Shown here piece by piece: positions 18,081 through 27,639 of a stretch of 64,000 bases of DNA (its first letter is position 1; each line of letters begins with the position of its first letter). Position numbers and translations under genes: made by a program. This DNA comes from Acidobacteriota bacterium. GTDB taxonomy: Bacteria; Acidobacteriota; Polarisedimenticolia; Gp22-AA2. The stretch covers positions 16,648 through 80,647 of the forward strand of contig JBHIBC010000002.1 in assembly GCA_046758905.1 (NCBI GenBank), in the 5' to 3' direction. The notes under the pieces were generated by a model. That model was not told the DNA's origin. It saw only the letters and a program-made list of their open reading frames with translations, and made no database searches.

Positions 18081-18938
18081 TCAGCCGCCGGTGGCGAAGC
18101 CGGGATACAGGGTCATGCCCCCGTCCACGTACAGGCTCACGCCGTTGACGTAGTCGGAGAGGTCCGACGCGAGCCAGACCGCGGCCCGACCGATGTCGTC
18201 CGCCTCGCCGATGCGGCCGTACGGGATCAGCCGCATCAGCCTCTCATAGGCCTCGGGCGTGCTCCAGGCGGCCCGGTTGATCGGCGTGCGGACCGCCCCG
18301 GGCGCGAGGCCGTTGACGCGGATCCGGTGCGGCGCGAGCTCCTGCGCGATGCTCCTCATCAGGAGCATCACGCCGCCCTTGGAGGCCGCGTAGTTCGCGC
18401 GCCCGGCCCAGGGGATGATCTCGTGCACGGAGCTGACGCAGAGGATCTTCCCGGCGGCGCACGAGATCTCGGGCACCACCCCGCGGCGCTTCATCTCGCG
18501 GGCCGCCTCGCGGGCGCAGAGGAACTGGCCCGTGAGGTTGACGCTCAGCACCTCGTCCCACTGCTCCAGGGTCATCTCGTCCAGGGGCGCGTCCCTCTGC
18601 AGCCCGGCGTTGTTGACCAGGATGTCGATGGTGCCGAAGTCGCGGAACATCCTCCGGAACATCCCTCGCACCTGATCCTCGCGCGACACGTCCGCCCGGT
18701 GCGCGTAGGCGCGCGAGCCACCGCGGCGGATGGCCTCGACGACCTCGCGGGCCGCCTCCTCGGCCGCGACGTAGTTGACCACGACGTCGGCCCCCGCGCC
18801 GCCCAGGGCGAGGGCCACCCCCCTGCCGATGCCCGAGTTGGCTCCGGTCACCAGCGCCTTCTGGCCCTCCAGGACGGGCTGCGGCGGGCGTTCCTGCATC
18901 GGCGCTTCTGGAAGGGCGGTCGTCTTCGGTCCTGTCAT
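18081..18938 (-). CDS. SDR family oxidoreductase (glucose 1-dehydrogenase-like)
   Basis: TGANSGIGRG Rossmann motif, NNAG and the YAASKGG catalytic Tyr-x3-Lys. ATG at 18938 verified. The upstream part of the 803-aa track ORF is a read-through artefact. Confidence 0.85.
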   Translation of the reverse strand: MTGPKTTALPEAPMQERPPQPVLEGQKALVTGANSGIGRGVALALGGAGADVVVNYVAAEEAAREVVEAIRRGGSRAYAHRADVSREDQVRGMFRRMFRDFGTIDILVNNAGLQRDAPLDEMTLEQWDEVLSVNLTGQFLCAREAAREMKRRGVVPEISCAAGKILCVSSVHEIIPWAGRANYAASKGGVMLLMRSIAQELAPHRIRVNGLAPGAVRTPINRAAWSTPEAYERLMRLIPYGRIGEADDIGRAAVWLASDLSDYVNGVSLYVDGGMTLYPGFATGG

Positions 18939-19016
18939 GGTCTTCTCCTCCACGGAAGGCTCACCCCCCGGGGACGGGACCGCGTCTCCCCGACGCCGGG
19001 CGGCGGCGGTGGTGCT

Positions 19017-20552
19017 ATGATGCACAGTATGGAGCACCTCGAGCGCAGCCTCCTCGAACTTGTGGTCGAGACCTCCACCGACCTGCCGCCCGACGTGCGC
19101 CTCGCCATGTCGCGGGCCTTGGGGGAGGAGCAGGCGGGCGGCCGCTCTGAGCAGGCGCTCAACGTCATCGCCACCAACATCGACATGGCGGCCGACAGCA
19201 AGGGGCCGATCTGCCAGGACACCGGCTGGCCGACCTTTCTGGTCAGGACGCCCGTGGGCGTCAGCCAGCTCCGCGTGGCGGAGGCGATCCGGGGCGCGGT
19301 CCGGGATGCGACCCGGCTCGGGAAGCTCCGTGCCAACTCGGTCGATTCGCTCACCGGCAGGAACAGCGGTGACAACCTGGGGCCGGGGACCCCGACGGTT
19401 CACTTCCAGCAATGGGAGCGCGATGATGCCATCGATGTCAGGCTGTTGCTGAAGGGCGGGGGGTGCGAGAACAAGAACATCCAGTACTCGCTGCCGGATG
19501 AGCTCCCCCACCTCGGCAGGGCCGACCGCGACCTGGACGGCGTGCGCAAGTGCCTGCTGCACGCCGTCTGGCAGGCGCAGGGGCAGGGGTGCAGCGCCGG
19601 GGCGCTGGGCGCCGCGATCGGCGGAGACCGTACCACGGGGTACGAGCAGGCCAAGCTCCAGCTGTTCCGGACCCTCGACGACACCAACCCGGAGCCGAGG
19701 CTGCGGGCCCTCGAGGAGTACATCCTGAAGACCTCGAACACCTTCGGCATCGGGACGATGGGGTTCGGCGGGAGCGTGACGCTGATCGGGTGCAAGATCG
19801 CCGCGATCAACCGCCTCCCAGCCAGCTTCTTCGTGTCGGTCGCGTACGACTGCTGGGCCTTCCGGCGGCTGGGGATCGTCCTGAACCCGCGCGACGGCTC
19901 GATCCGCGAGTGGCTCTACCGGGACGAGAGGCCCGCCGCGCCGATGGCGAAGGCGGAGGGCTTCCCGACCACCGGACGCGAGATCCGGCTGTCGCCGCCG
20001 ATCACGGAGGACCGCGTCCGGCGGCTCAGGGTCGGCGACGTCGTGATGATCAGCGGGGTCGTCCACACCGGCCGCGACGCGATCCACCATCATCTGATGA
20101 AGCACGAGCCGCCCGTCAGCCTGCGCGACCAGATCCTCTACCACTGCGGTCCGGTGGTCCTGAAGCAGGACGGCGGGTGGCGGATCACGGCGGCCGGGCC
20201 GACCACCTCGAGCCGCGAGGAGCCGTACGAGGCCGAGGTCATCGCGCGCTGCGGCGTGCGCGCGGTGATGGGCAAGGGCGGCATGGGCCCGAGGACGCTC
20301 GCGGCGCTGAAGCGGCACGGGGCCGTCTACCTGAACGCGATCGGCGGTGCCGCCCAGTACTACGCGCGCTGCATCGAGAAGGTGGAGGGCGTCGACATGC
20401 TGGAGTTCGGGACACCGGAGGCGATGTGGCACCTCCGGGTGAAGGATTTTCCCGCCATCGTGACCATGGACGCCGCCGGCAACTCGCTGCACGCGGAGGT
20501 GCAGGACGCCTCCGCGGTGGTCCTCCGGGCGCTCGCGGCGCCGGTCTTCTGA
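19017..20552 (+). CDS. class I (Fe-S) fumarate hydratase, fused alpha/beta domains
   Basis: 511 aa from the ATG at 19017. GPICQDTGWPTF, LLKGGGCENKN and GIGTMGFGGSVTLIGCKIAA are class I fumarase / tartrate dehydratase motifs. Confidence 0.88.
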   Translation: MMHSMEHLERSLLELVVETSTDLPPDVRLAMSRALGEEQAGGRSEQALNVIATNIDMAADSKGPICQDTGWPTFLVRTPVGVSQLRVAEAIRGAVRDATRLGKLRANSVDSLTGRNSGDNLGPGTPTVHFQQWERDDAIDVRLLLKGGGCENKNIQYSLPDELPHLGRADRDLDGVRKCLLHAVWQAQGQGCSAGALGAAIGGDRTTGYEQAKLQLFRTLDDTNPEPRLRALEEYILKTSNTFGIGTMGFGGSVTLIGCKIAAINRLPASFFVSVAYDCWAFRRLGIVLNPRDGSIREWLYRDERPAAPMAKAEGFPTTGREIRLSPPITEDRVRRLRVGDVVMISGVVHTGRDAIHHHLMKHEPPVSLRDQILYHCGPVVLKQDGGWRITAAGPTTSSREEPYEAEVIARCGVRAVMGKGGMGPRTLAALKRHGAVYLNAIGGAAQYYARCIEKVEGVDMLEFGTPEAMWHLRVKDFPAIVTMDAAGNSLHAEVQDASAVVLRALAAPVF

Positions 20553-20636
20553 GCCCTTGCTCCCGGACCGCCCCTCGGGCCCGGATCACGTCACGAAGTC
20601 CAGGTGCTCGGGGGAATCACCCCGCTCGGGCGCGGA

Positions 20637-21839
20637 TCAGGGGCTGCGCTCCCTGTCGGCCGGTCGCCCGGCGCGGCGGCGCGGCCGGAGCCCCGCCCGC
20701 CGCGCGACGAGAGCGTCGACCTCCCGCCTGAGACGGTCCAGCACCTGGTCGTAGCCGAAGCGGCCCACCAGCTCCGCGCCGCGCTTGAGGTTGACGTGCG
20801 TGGGAGCGCACCAGAGGCCCAGGTCGGCGTCGTCGGTCTCGCCCGGACCGTTCACCCGGCAGCCCATCACCGCGATGGTGATGGCGTGATCCCTCGCGTA
20901 GGCCGTCGCCTCCCGCACCCTCTCCGCGAGGTCGACGAACGCCTCGTTCTCGACCCGGGAGCAGGAGGGGCAAGAGATGATGTTGAGCCGGCCGCCGAGG
21001 TTCTCCGGGACGGACCGGAACCGGCCGCGCGCGATGTCGTCCAGGATCCGTCGGCCGACGGCGATCTCCTCGGCCTTCCTCTCGTTGGGCAGGGTCAGCG
21101 ACACCCGGATCGTATCGCCGATGCCGCGCGCGATCAGCTGCTCGAAGGCGATGCGCGTCTTGATCACGCCCTCCGGCGGGAGGCCGGCCTCCGTCACTCC
21201 GAGGTGGAGCGGCACCTCCGGCCGCTCGCGCGCGAACCTCCGGTTGGCCTCGATCACCCTGGCCGGGTCGGAATCCTTGAGCGAGACCACGAATCGGCCG
21301 AAGCCGAGGCCGTCGAGGATCCGGCAGTGCTCGAGAGCCGAGGCGACCATCTCGGCCACCGAGTCAGCCGCGAACCGGCCGGAGAGGTCGGGGTCGATCG
21401 ACCCGCAGTTCACGCCGACGCGTAGCGCGCAGTCGTGCCGGGCCGCCACCTCGGCGAGGCGCGCGACCTTGTCGCGCACCGGCCTGGTCCTCTCGTGGTG
21501 GTGGAGGTGGCCCGGGTTGTAGCGGATCTTGTCGACGAACGGGGCCACCTCGGCCGCAATGCGGTAGTTCTCCTGCAGGTCGACCGACAGGCCGACCCGA
21601 GTCCGCTCCCGAATCGCGGGCAGGGCCGCGGCGTCGCGCGGGCCGTCGACGGCGACCCGGACCAGGTCGGCCCCGGCGCGCTCTAGGTCGCGGATCTGGC
21701 GGACGGTCGCCTCGACGTCCGAGGTCCTGGTGGCGCACATGCTCTGGACGGCGATGGGGCGGCCGCCGCCGATCGTGATGGGGCCGACCCGGACGGCGCG
21801 CGTCGGGTTGCGCGGGAGCGCACTCGTATCCGGCGTCAC
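20637..21839 (-). CDS. ispG: 4-hydroxy-3-methylbut-2-enyl diphosphate synthase
   Basis: GcpE family: [23 protein letters not shown] and [11 protein letters not shown]. Confidence 0.92.
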   Translation of the reverse strand: MTPDTSALPRNPTRAVRVGPITIGGGRPIAVQSMCATRTSDVEATVRQIRDLERAGADLVRVAVDGPRDAAALPAIRERTRVGLSVDLQENYRIAAEVAPFVDKIRYNPGHLHHHERTRPVRDKVARLAEVAARHDCALRVGVNCGSIDPDLSGRFAADSVAEMVASALEHCRILDGLGFGRFVVSLKDSDPARVIEANRRFARERPEVPLHLGVTEAGLPPEGVIKTRIAFEQLIARGIGDTIRVSLTLPNERKAEEIAVGRRILDDIARGRFRSVPENLGGRLNIISCPSCSRVENEAFVDLAERVREATAYARDHAITIAVMGCRVNGPGETDDADLGLWCAPTHVNLKRGAELVGRFGYDQVLDRLRREVDALVARRAGLRPRRRAGRPADRERSP

Positions 21840-21903
21840 GGGCGGATCTTATCAGGGCGCGGAGCGCGGGCACAAGGAACCGCCGAGTGCTAAGATCCGC
21901 CGC

Positions 21904-22902
21904 ATGCGGGCGATGGTCCTGAGGCGGCCGGCGGCGGTCGAGCAGGGGCCGCTCGAGCTGGCCGAGCGTCCCGTCCCCGCGCCCGGCGAGGGGGATGTCC
22001 TGATCCGGGTGCGCGCCTGCGGGGCCTGTCACACCGACCTGCACATCGCCGAGGGCGAGGTCCCGGCGCCGCGGCTGCCGATCGTGCCGGGGCATCAGGT
22101 GATCGGCCTGGTGGAGAAGGCGGGGCCGAGCGCGACACGCTTCCCCGTGGGCGCGCGGGTCGGCGCCGCCTGGCTGCACCGGACCTGCGGGGCGTGCTCC
22201 TACTGCGTCCGGGGGCTGGAGAACCTGTGCGACGCGGCCCGCTTCACCGGCTATCACGCCGACGGGGGCTACGCCGAGTACTGCGTCGCGCCGGAGGACT
22301 TCGTCTACCGGGTGCCGGACTCCTACGCCGACACCGACGCGGCGCCGCTGCTGTGCGCCGGGATCATCGGGTACCGCGCCCTGCGGCTGTCGGGAGCGGG
22401 ACCGGGCGACCGGCTGGCCCTCTATGGGTTCGGCGCCTCGGCGCACATCACCCTGCAGGTCGCGCGCCACCGCGGCTGCGAGGTCTTCGTCTTCACCCGC
22501 TCGGAGGAGCACCGGCGTCTGGCGCTGTCGCTGGGCGCCGCCTGGGCCGGCCGGGCGGGAGACGCCGCCCCGGCGCCCGCCGACGGCGCCATCCTGTTCG
22601 CGCCGGCCGGGCGCTTGATCCCCGCGGCGCTGCGGGCGCTGCGCAAGGGGGGCACCCTCGCGAGCGCGGTCATCCACCTGGACGCGGTTCCGGAGATGGA
22701 CTACCAGCTGATGTTCGAGGAGCGGGTCCTCAGGACCGTGACGGCGAGCACCCGGAAGGACGGCGAGGCGCTGCTGGCGGCGGCCGCGGAGGCGAGGGTG
22801 AGGGTCGAGACCGAGGTCCACCCGCTGGCGGAGGCCAATCGTGTCCTCGCCCGCATCAAGGCCGGCCGCGTGAGGGGCGCCGCGGTGCTCACGACCGGCT
22901 GA
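21904..22902 (+). CDS. zinc-dependent alcohol dehydrogenase (AdhP-like)
   Basis: GACHTDLH catalytic Zn site, CGACSYC structural Zn site and a GFGASAH Rossmann motif. Confidence 0.85.
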   Translation: MRAMVLRRPAAVEQGPLELAERPVPAPGEGDVLIRVRACGACHTDLHIAEGEVPAPRLPIVPGHQVIGLVEKAGPSATRFPVGARVGAAWLHRTCGACSYCVRGLENLCDAARFTGYHADGGYAEYCVAPEDFVYRVPDSYADTDAAPLLCAGIIGYRALRLSGAGPGDRLALYGFGASAHITLQVARHRGCEVFVFTRSEEHRRLALSLGAAWAGRAGDAAPAPADGAILFAPAGRLIPAALRALRKGGTLASAVIHLDAVPEMDYQLMFEERVLRTVTASTRKDGEALLAAAAEARVRVETEVHPLAEANRVLARIKAGRVRGAAVLTTG

Positions 22903-24211
22903 GATCCTCTCCCGGGCTCCGGCGCTCCGGGAGGCGACGGCCGGCGCCGGGCGGCACCAGCCCGGCCCGCAGCTCGGCCAGGGGGTAGAACGTGTCGCGC
23001 CACACCACGCCGCCGCGCGCCACCGTCCGGATCGCGGAGTTCCACGCCGCCACCAGCAGAAGGAGGATCGACATCGGCTGCGCGAGCGCCACGGCCGCGG
23101 GGCGAAAGCCCCCGTGCCTCGGTCCCTCGGAGGCCGCCGCGAAGGCGAGGCCGGTCTGCAGGACGAAGGGCATCCAGGCCGCGAGCAGGATGATCGGTCC
23201 GGCCGAACGGCCCCCCAGGACGCTCACCAGGATGCCGGAGAGCGCCGGGCCGTAAGCCGGCAGGGCGGAGGCGATCGTCCACAGCAGAAGGATCGGCAGG
23301 GAGAAGCCGAATCCGCCGAACAGGTTTTTCTCCAGGCCCCGGATCAGGCCGAGCGCTCCCCGGTGCCAGGCGCAGCGCACCAGGGAGAGGCCGCCGAACA
23401 GTCGCTGGCGGGCGCCCGACTCCTTCAGAAGACGGCCCAGCTTGAAGTCGTCCGCTAGGTCCATGCGGACCAGGTCGTGGCCCCCGATCCGATCGTAGGC
23501 GGTCCGGCGGATCAGATTGAACGCGCCGACCCCGGCCCCTCCTCTCGGCAGGTCGCGATCCATCTCGTGCGCCCGGGCGGCCAAGAGGTAGACCTGGCCG
23601 AACGCGGCCACCAGCCCGGCCTGGATCACCGGCATCGGGCCGAGGTCCGGGAGCACCGCCACGTGGTCGAGACCGGCGTCCTCGGCGTAGGCGACGACCC
23701 GCGCCAGCAGGTCGTCCTCCTCCAGGAGGACGTCGCCGTCGGTGAACAGGATCCAGTCGCCCCGCGCGCCGAGCGCGCCGACCTTGCAGGCGTGGCACTT
23801 GCCGATCCATCCGCGGGGGAGATCGCGCACGTGGATCACCGTCAGGCGGGAGTCGTCCCCCCCGGCCTCGGACCGGATCCGCTCGAGGATCGCCCCGGTA
23901 TCATCGCGCGAGCGGTCGTTCACCACGATGATCCGCAGGCCGGGATAGCGTTGCTCGAGCAGGCGGCGGACCGTCGCCTCGATGCGCCCGCCCTCGTCCC
24001 GAGCGGTCACCACCACGGAGAGGGAGGGCTGGGGCGAGGCGCCTCCGATCCGGCCGGGGGAGCGGCCCGGGCCCGGCCCGCCTCCGGGCGACAGGACCTC
24101 GGAGAGACGCCGCACCCTGCGCGCGCCGGCCAGGATCAGCAGCGCGATCGGAGCCCAGAGCGCGAGGCCGAGGAAGCCGGCGGCGAGCGGTCCGGCGACG
24201 GCGGGGCTCAA
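22889..24211 (-). CDS. family 2 glycosyltransferase, polytopic membrane protein
   Basis: LSVVVTARDEGGRIEATVRRLLEQRYPGLRIIVVNDRSRDDTGAIL (GT-A DxD region) flanked by multiple TM helices. TTG start at 24211 overlaps the stop of the upstream gene (cTTGAg). Confidence 0.7.
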   Translation of the reverse strand: MSPAVAGPLAAGFLGLALWAPIALLILAGARRVRRLSEVLSPGGGPGPGRSPGRIGGASPQPSLSVVVTARDEGGRIEATVRRLLEQRYPGLRIIVVNDRSRDDTGAILERIRSEAGGDDSRLTVIHVRDLPRGWIGKCHACKVGALGARGDWILFTDGDVLLEEDDLLARVVAYAEDAGLDHVAVLPDLGPMPVIQAGLVAAFGQVYLLAARAHEMDRDLPRGGAGVGAFNLIRRTAYDRIGGHDLVRMDLADDFKLGRLLKESGARQRLFGGLSLVRCAWHRGALGLIRGLEKNLFGGFGFSLPILLLWTIASALPAYGPALSGILVSVLGGRSAGPIILLAAWMPFVLQTGLAFAAASEGPRHGGFRPAAVALAQPMSILLLLVAAWNSAIRTVARGGVVWRDTFYPLAELRAGLVPPGAGRRLPERRSPGEDLSRS

Positions 24212-25122
24212 GAGGCGGCCGGGACGGCCATCACGGCGGAGCGCGCGATGTCCTCCTGTCTGATGCGGCTCGGGTCGAACGACTCGAGCGCGCGGAGGAG
24301 CCGGTCCAGGGCCTGATCGAAGCCGGGGATGGACTTGCGGGCCCGGGTGAGCGGGTTGCAGCGCGCGAGGACGAAGTTCTTGACGAACGGATGCCTGATG
24401 CCGCGTCGCTTCAGGGCGTCCACGACCTTCTTGAGCGCCGCGTCCGCCGCGGCCACCTTCGCGGCGCGCGCCTCGCGGGTGGCGTAGGAGGCCCTCAGCG
24501 GGGTCCTCAGAAACCTGTCCACCCTGCGCAGGATGGGCGAGAATGCGCCGCCGGCGAACCGGGCGTCTCTCTCGTACAGCAGCCCCAGCGTGATGAAGTA
24601 AGCCTCCTCGAACTGGAAGGCGAAGTCCTCCTCGCACTCCTTTCCGCCCCGCTCCATGAGCCCACGGTACATCCGGATCACCTCGAGCGATTTCTCCTTG
24701 AGGTTGTGGGCCTTCTCGGTGTTCAGGGCGAGGATCTGGAACGCAACGTCGGGCTCGGGCACGACGATGGCGGGGACCAGATCGGCCTTGAGCTTCTCCA
24801 GGACGTGGCGGCGGTGGTTGCCGTTCGGGGTCCAGTAGGACCCTTCCTGCCGCACGGCAACGACCGGATCGATGAACCGGCCGATCTTCTTGACCACCCT
24901 CAGGAGCCGTTCCGCGTGGCTCTTCGACAAGTCGCGCTGGTAAGGGGTCGGCCGGACCCGCTCGCGCGGCAGCAGGGCGAAGATCTGCCAGTGGCCGCCG
25001 ATCGGGTCCCGGTACAGAGCCAGCGCGTGACCTCCGTCCCGGTCGATCTCTCCGGCCAGGCGGACGACGTCGGCCGGGGGATCGACGTTCTCGGGGTGGA
25101 CCGCGAAGCGGAGACGCGCCAT
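24208..25122 (-). CDS. ParB/Srx-like N-terminal nuclease-domain protein
   Basis: YQRDLSKSHAERL and TPNGNHRRHVLEKL resemble ParB-N/sulfiredoxin-fold motifs. No HTH partition domain is evident. Confidence 0.5.
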   Translation of the reverse strand: MARLRFAVHPENVDPPADVVRLAGEIDRDGGHALALYRDPIGGHWQIFALLPRERVRPTPYQRDLSKSHAERLLRVVKKIGRFIDPVVAVRQEGSYWTPNGNHRRHVLEKLKADLVPAIVVPEPDVAFQILALNTEKAHNLKEKSLEVIRMYRGLMERGGKECEEDFAFQFEEAYFITLGLLYERDARFAGGAFSPILRRVDRFLRTPLRASYATREARAAKVAAADAALKKVVDALKRRGIRHPFVKNFVLARCNPLTRARKSIPGFDQALDRLLRALESFDPSRIRQEDIARSAVMAVPAAS

Positions 25123-25233
25123 GTGCTCGGGCCCCTCCGGGATCGAACCTTAGCAGCGAACGGGAACCGGGGGCAAGTGACCGGATGTCGGGTGAGATAG
25201 AATGACACTTCAGGCGGCGAGGGAGGAGGTCGC

Positions 25234-25902
25234 ATGCCCCTCAGCGTCAGGCTCCGGGAGCGGGCGGCGCCGATCTGGGAGCGGGAGCAGGCGCACCCGT
25301 TCGTCCGGGGGCTCGGGGACGGCACCCTCGAGCCCGACCGGTTCAGGGTGTGGCTGCGGCAGGACTACCTGTTCCTGATCGAGTACGCCAGGGTGCTGGC
25401 GATGGCGGCGGCGCGCGCGGAGGATCTCGAGACCCAGGCGCGCTTCTCGGACCTCCTGCAGGCGACGCTGCGCACCGAGATGGATCTACACCGGCGCTAC
25501 GCCCGCCGGTTCGGGATCTCCGAGGCCGATCTGGAGCGCACGGCTCCGGCGCCCACCACGCAGGCCTACACGGATTTCCTGGTCCGCGTAGCCCTGCAGG
25601 GACCGCTGGCCGCGATCGTGGCGTCCCTGCTTCCGTGCGCCTGGGGATACGCGGAGATCGCCCGACGGCTGGTGCGCCCCGGAGGCGCGCCGGAAGGCTC
25701 GCCCTACGCGGAGTGGATCCGTGCTTATTCCTCAAGGGAGTTCGGCGAGTACGCGGACTGGCTTAAGGACCTGCTCGACCGCCTGGCCGACGGGGCCCCC
25801 GATCGGGAGCAGGAGAGGCTGACGCGTATCTTCCTCACCTCGAGCCGATACGAGTATCTGTTCTGGGAGATGTGCCACTGCAAGTCTTCCTGGCCGGTCT
25901 GA
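25234..25902 (+). CDS. tenA: TenA/thiaminase II family (aminopyrimidine aminohydrolase)
   Basis: RBS GGGAGGAGG. HPFVRGLGDGTL, FRVWLRQDYLFLIEYAR and a catalytic Cys (LLPCAWGY). Confidence 0.8.
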   Translation: MPLSVRLRERAAPIWEREQAHPFVRGLGDGTLEPDRFRVWLRQDYLFLIEYARVLAMAAARAEDLETQARFSDLLQATLRTEMDLHRRYARRFGISEADLERTAPAPTTQAYTDFLVRVALQGPLAAIVASLLPCAWGYAEIARRLVRPGGAPEGSPYAEWIRAYSSREFGEYADWLKDLLDRLADGAPDREQERLTRIFLTSSRYEYLFWEMCHCKSSWPV

Positions 25903-25942
25903 GCCGCGGGAGGCCGCCGGCGGGACATCCGAGGAGGTCGTC

Positions 25943-26575
25943 ATGAGAAGCCGAATGCGTCGTGCGAGCCCGTTCCCGGCGGCGGTCGCCCTCTTCTTCG
26001 CCTCTCTGCTCGCGGTGCCGGCCGTCGCCGTCCCGGGCAGCGGCAAGATCCCGCGCAGCGGACCGCTTTACTTCTCGTCGGGCGCCATCGAGACCGTGCA
26101 GACCATCCTGAGGGACAACGGGTACCTGGAGCCGGAAGAGTACGCTCCGGGCACCATGGACCAGCCCACCATCGACGCGCTGCGCCGGTTTCAGCGCGAG
26201 CACTACCTGAAGTCGACCGGCCTGATCGACCCGGAGACGATGGGCCTGCTGACGACCCACGGGCTGTCGAGCGCGGCGGGAGCGCCGCCCTCGTCGCCTA
26301 AGGCCGAGCTGTCGGAGCGAGGGCTCGGGGAGCCGGAGGGCGAGGCGGTGGTGGAGGAGTCGGCCGACTGGGTCGAGGTGACGCGCGAGGACATGGAGGA
26401 GGAGTCCGTGGCCCTGGCGGCGACGGTGTCCGAGGAGGAGGCGTCCGGGTCGAGCGGCGCCGGGGAGTCGGAACGATGCAGGCCGCAGTCGGCGAGCCGC
26501 GAGCCCATGCGGGCGCTCCTAGGAGCGGCACTGCTCGCGATCGGGGCGGCCTGGCTTCTGCGCCGCCAGGGATGA
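25943..26575 (+). CDS. secreted peptidoglycan-binding (PG_binding_1) domain protein with C-terminal sorting-signal-like tail
   Basis: RBS GAGGAGG and signal peptide. QPTIDALRRFQREHYLKSTGLIDPETMG is a PG-binding domain. Acidic linker. The C-terminus SREP-MRALLGAALLAIGAAWLL-RRQG is a motif / TM / basic tail. Confidence 0.7.
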   Translation: MRSRMRRASPFPAAVALFFASLLAVPAVAVPGSGKIPRSGPLYFSSGAIETVQTILRDNGYLEPEEYAPGTMDQPTIDALRRFQREHYLKSTGLIDPETMGLLTTHGLSSAAGAPPSSPKAELSERGLGEPEGEAVVEESADWVEVTREDMEEESVALAATVSEEEASGSSGAGESERCRPQSASREPMRALLGAALLAIGAAWLLRRQG

Positions 26576-26576
26576 G

Positions 26577-27185
26577 ATGGGGGGAACCCGGCGTATGAGC
26601 TCCAGAGTCCGCCTGGGGCTGGGCGTGCTGTGCGTCGCGGCGGGCGTGGGGCTGCTGGCGCGTGCCGCGGCGATCCGCGCCGACGCGGCCGCCTGGCAGG
26701 CCCGGCACGCCGCCCGGCTCGCGCCGGCCGCGGCCCGCCTCGCGGCCCGGGAGGAGCCCGCTCGCCCTCCCGTCCCGGGGGAGCCGGTCGCCCGCCTGCG
26801 CATCCCCGGGGTGGGGCTCGACGTCGTGGTGGCGGAGGGCGTCGACCCGGCGACGCTGGCGCGGGCGCCGGGGCATATGCCGGGCAGCGCCCTGCCGGGG
26901 CAGCCCGACAACTGCATCATCGCCGGCCACCGGGACGGCCCCTTCGGCCGCCTGCACTCGGTGCGCGAGGGCGACTGGGTGATCCTGGAGGGTCCCGCCG
27001 CCCGGGGCCGCTACCGGGTCGTGTCGGTGGGGATCGTCGGCAGGGATGATCCGGAGCCCCTGGCCCGATCCGGGCGGCCGCTTCTGACCCTGATCACCTG
27101 CCACCCCCTCGGGTACCTGGGGCCGGCGCCGCAGCGGCTCGTCGTGAGGGGCGAGCTGGCCGCGGTGGAGGATGGCGGCGCCTGA
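26577..27185 (+). CDS. sortase family transpeptidase
   Basis: N-terminal TM anchor. Catalytic His region (CIIAGHRDGPF) and the TLITCHP (TLxTC) active-site Cys motif. Starts 1 nt after the upstream stop. Confidence 0.8.
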   Translation: MGGTRRMSSRVRLGLGVLCVAAGVGLLARAAAIRADAAAWQARHAARLAPAAARLAAREEPARPPVPGEPVARLRIPGVGLDVVVAEGVDPATLARAPGHMPGSALPGQPDNCIIAGHRDGPFGRLHSVREGDWVILEGPAARGRYRVVSVGIVGRDDPEPLARSGRPLLTLITCHPLGYLGPAPQRLVVRGELAAVEDGGA

Positions 27186-27554
27186 GGGCGCACCGGCCGC
27201 CCCGCGCGCCCCCCGCTCGTGCAGCGGGCGGCGCGGGCTCGGGGCGCTCCTGCCCTCAATGCGCCCGGGCCGGCGATAACCTTATCCGCACGGAGGGGCG
27301 TTCCTCCCTGCTCCTCGGCCCGCGGCGGCGGACGAGCAGCTTCGGATCGGCGTACCCCTTGGGGTACCAGAAGCCGGAACGGTCCCTCTGTCCAGGAGGC
27401 AGCACGGACTGGTCGTCGCCAGGCTCGACGATCTTGACGCGGAACGGCACGACGGTCCCCCGTCCCACTTGGGGTGGACGGTCGGTCTGTCTGGGTCCGA
27501 GCAGATTTCGGCTAAGCGGCCGTTATTTTACCCCAGCCGGCCGGATACGTTACC

Positions 27555-27600
27555 CGTCGATTTTCGAAAAAATCAGGTCCGGCGCGGCCTTTTCCGGGGC
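27555..27600. terminator. candidate bidirectional terminator (GC-rich hairpin flanked by A/T runs) in a convergent intergenic region
   Basis: cgattttcgaaaaaatcaggtccggcgcggccttttccggggcgcgccg: a GC hairpin with an A6 run upstream (T-run on the minus strand, after the pilin-like gene) and TTTT downstream. Confidence 0.3.
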
Positions 27601-27639
27601 GCGCCGCGGCGCGGGAGCGCCGCCGCACTCAGGGGCGGC

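Noticed and set aside
18069-20552. 827-aa plus-strand ORF suggesting a very large fumarase-containing protein
   Set aside because: The first ~315 codons run antisense to the SDR and ABC-F genes and are low-complexity. Genuine class I fumarase homology begins at the ATG pair at 19017/19020.
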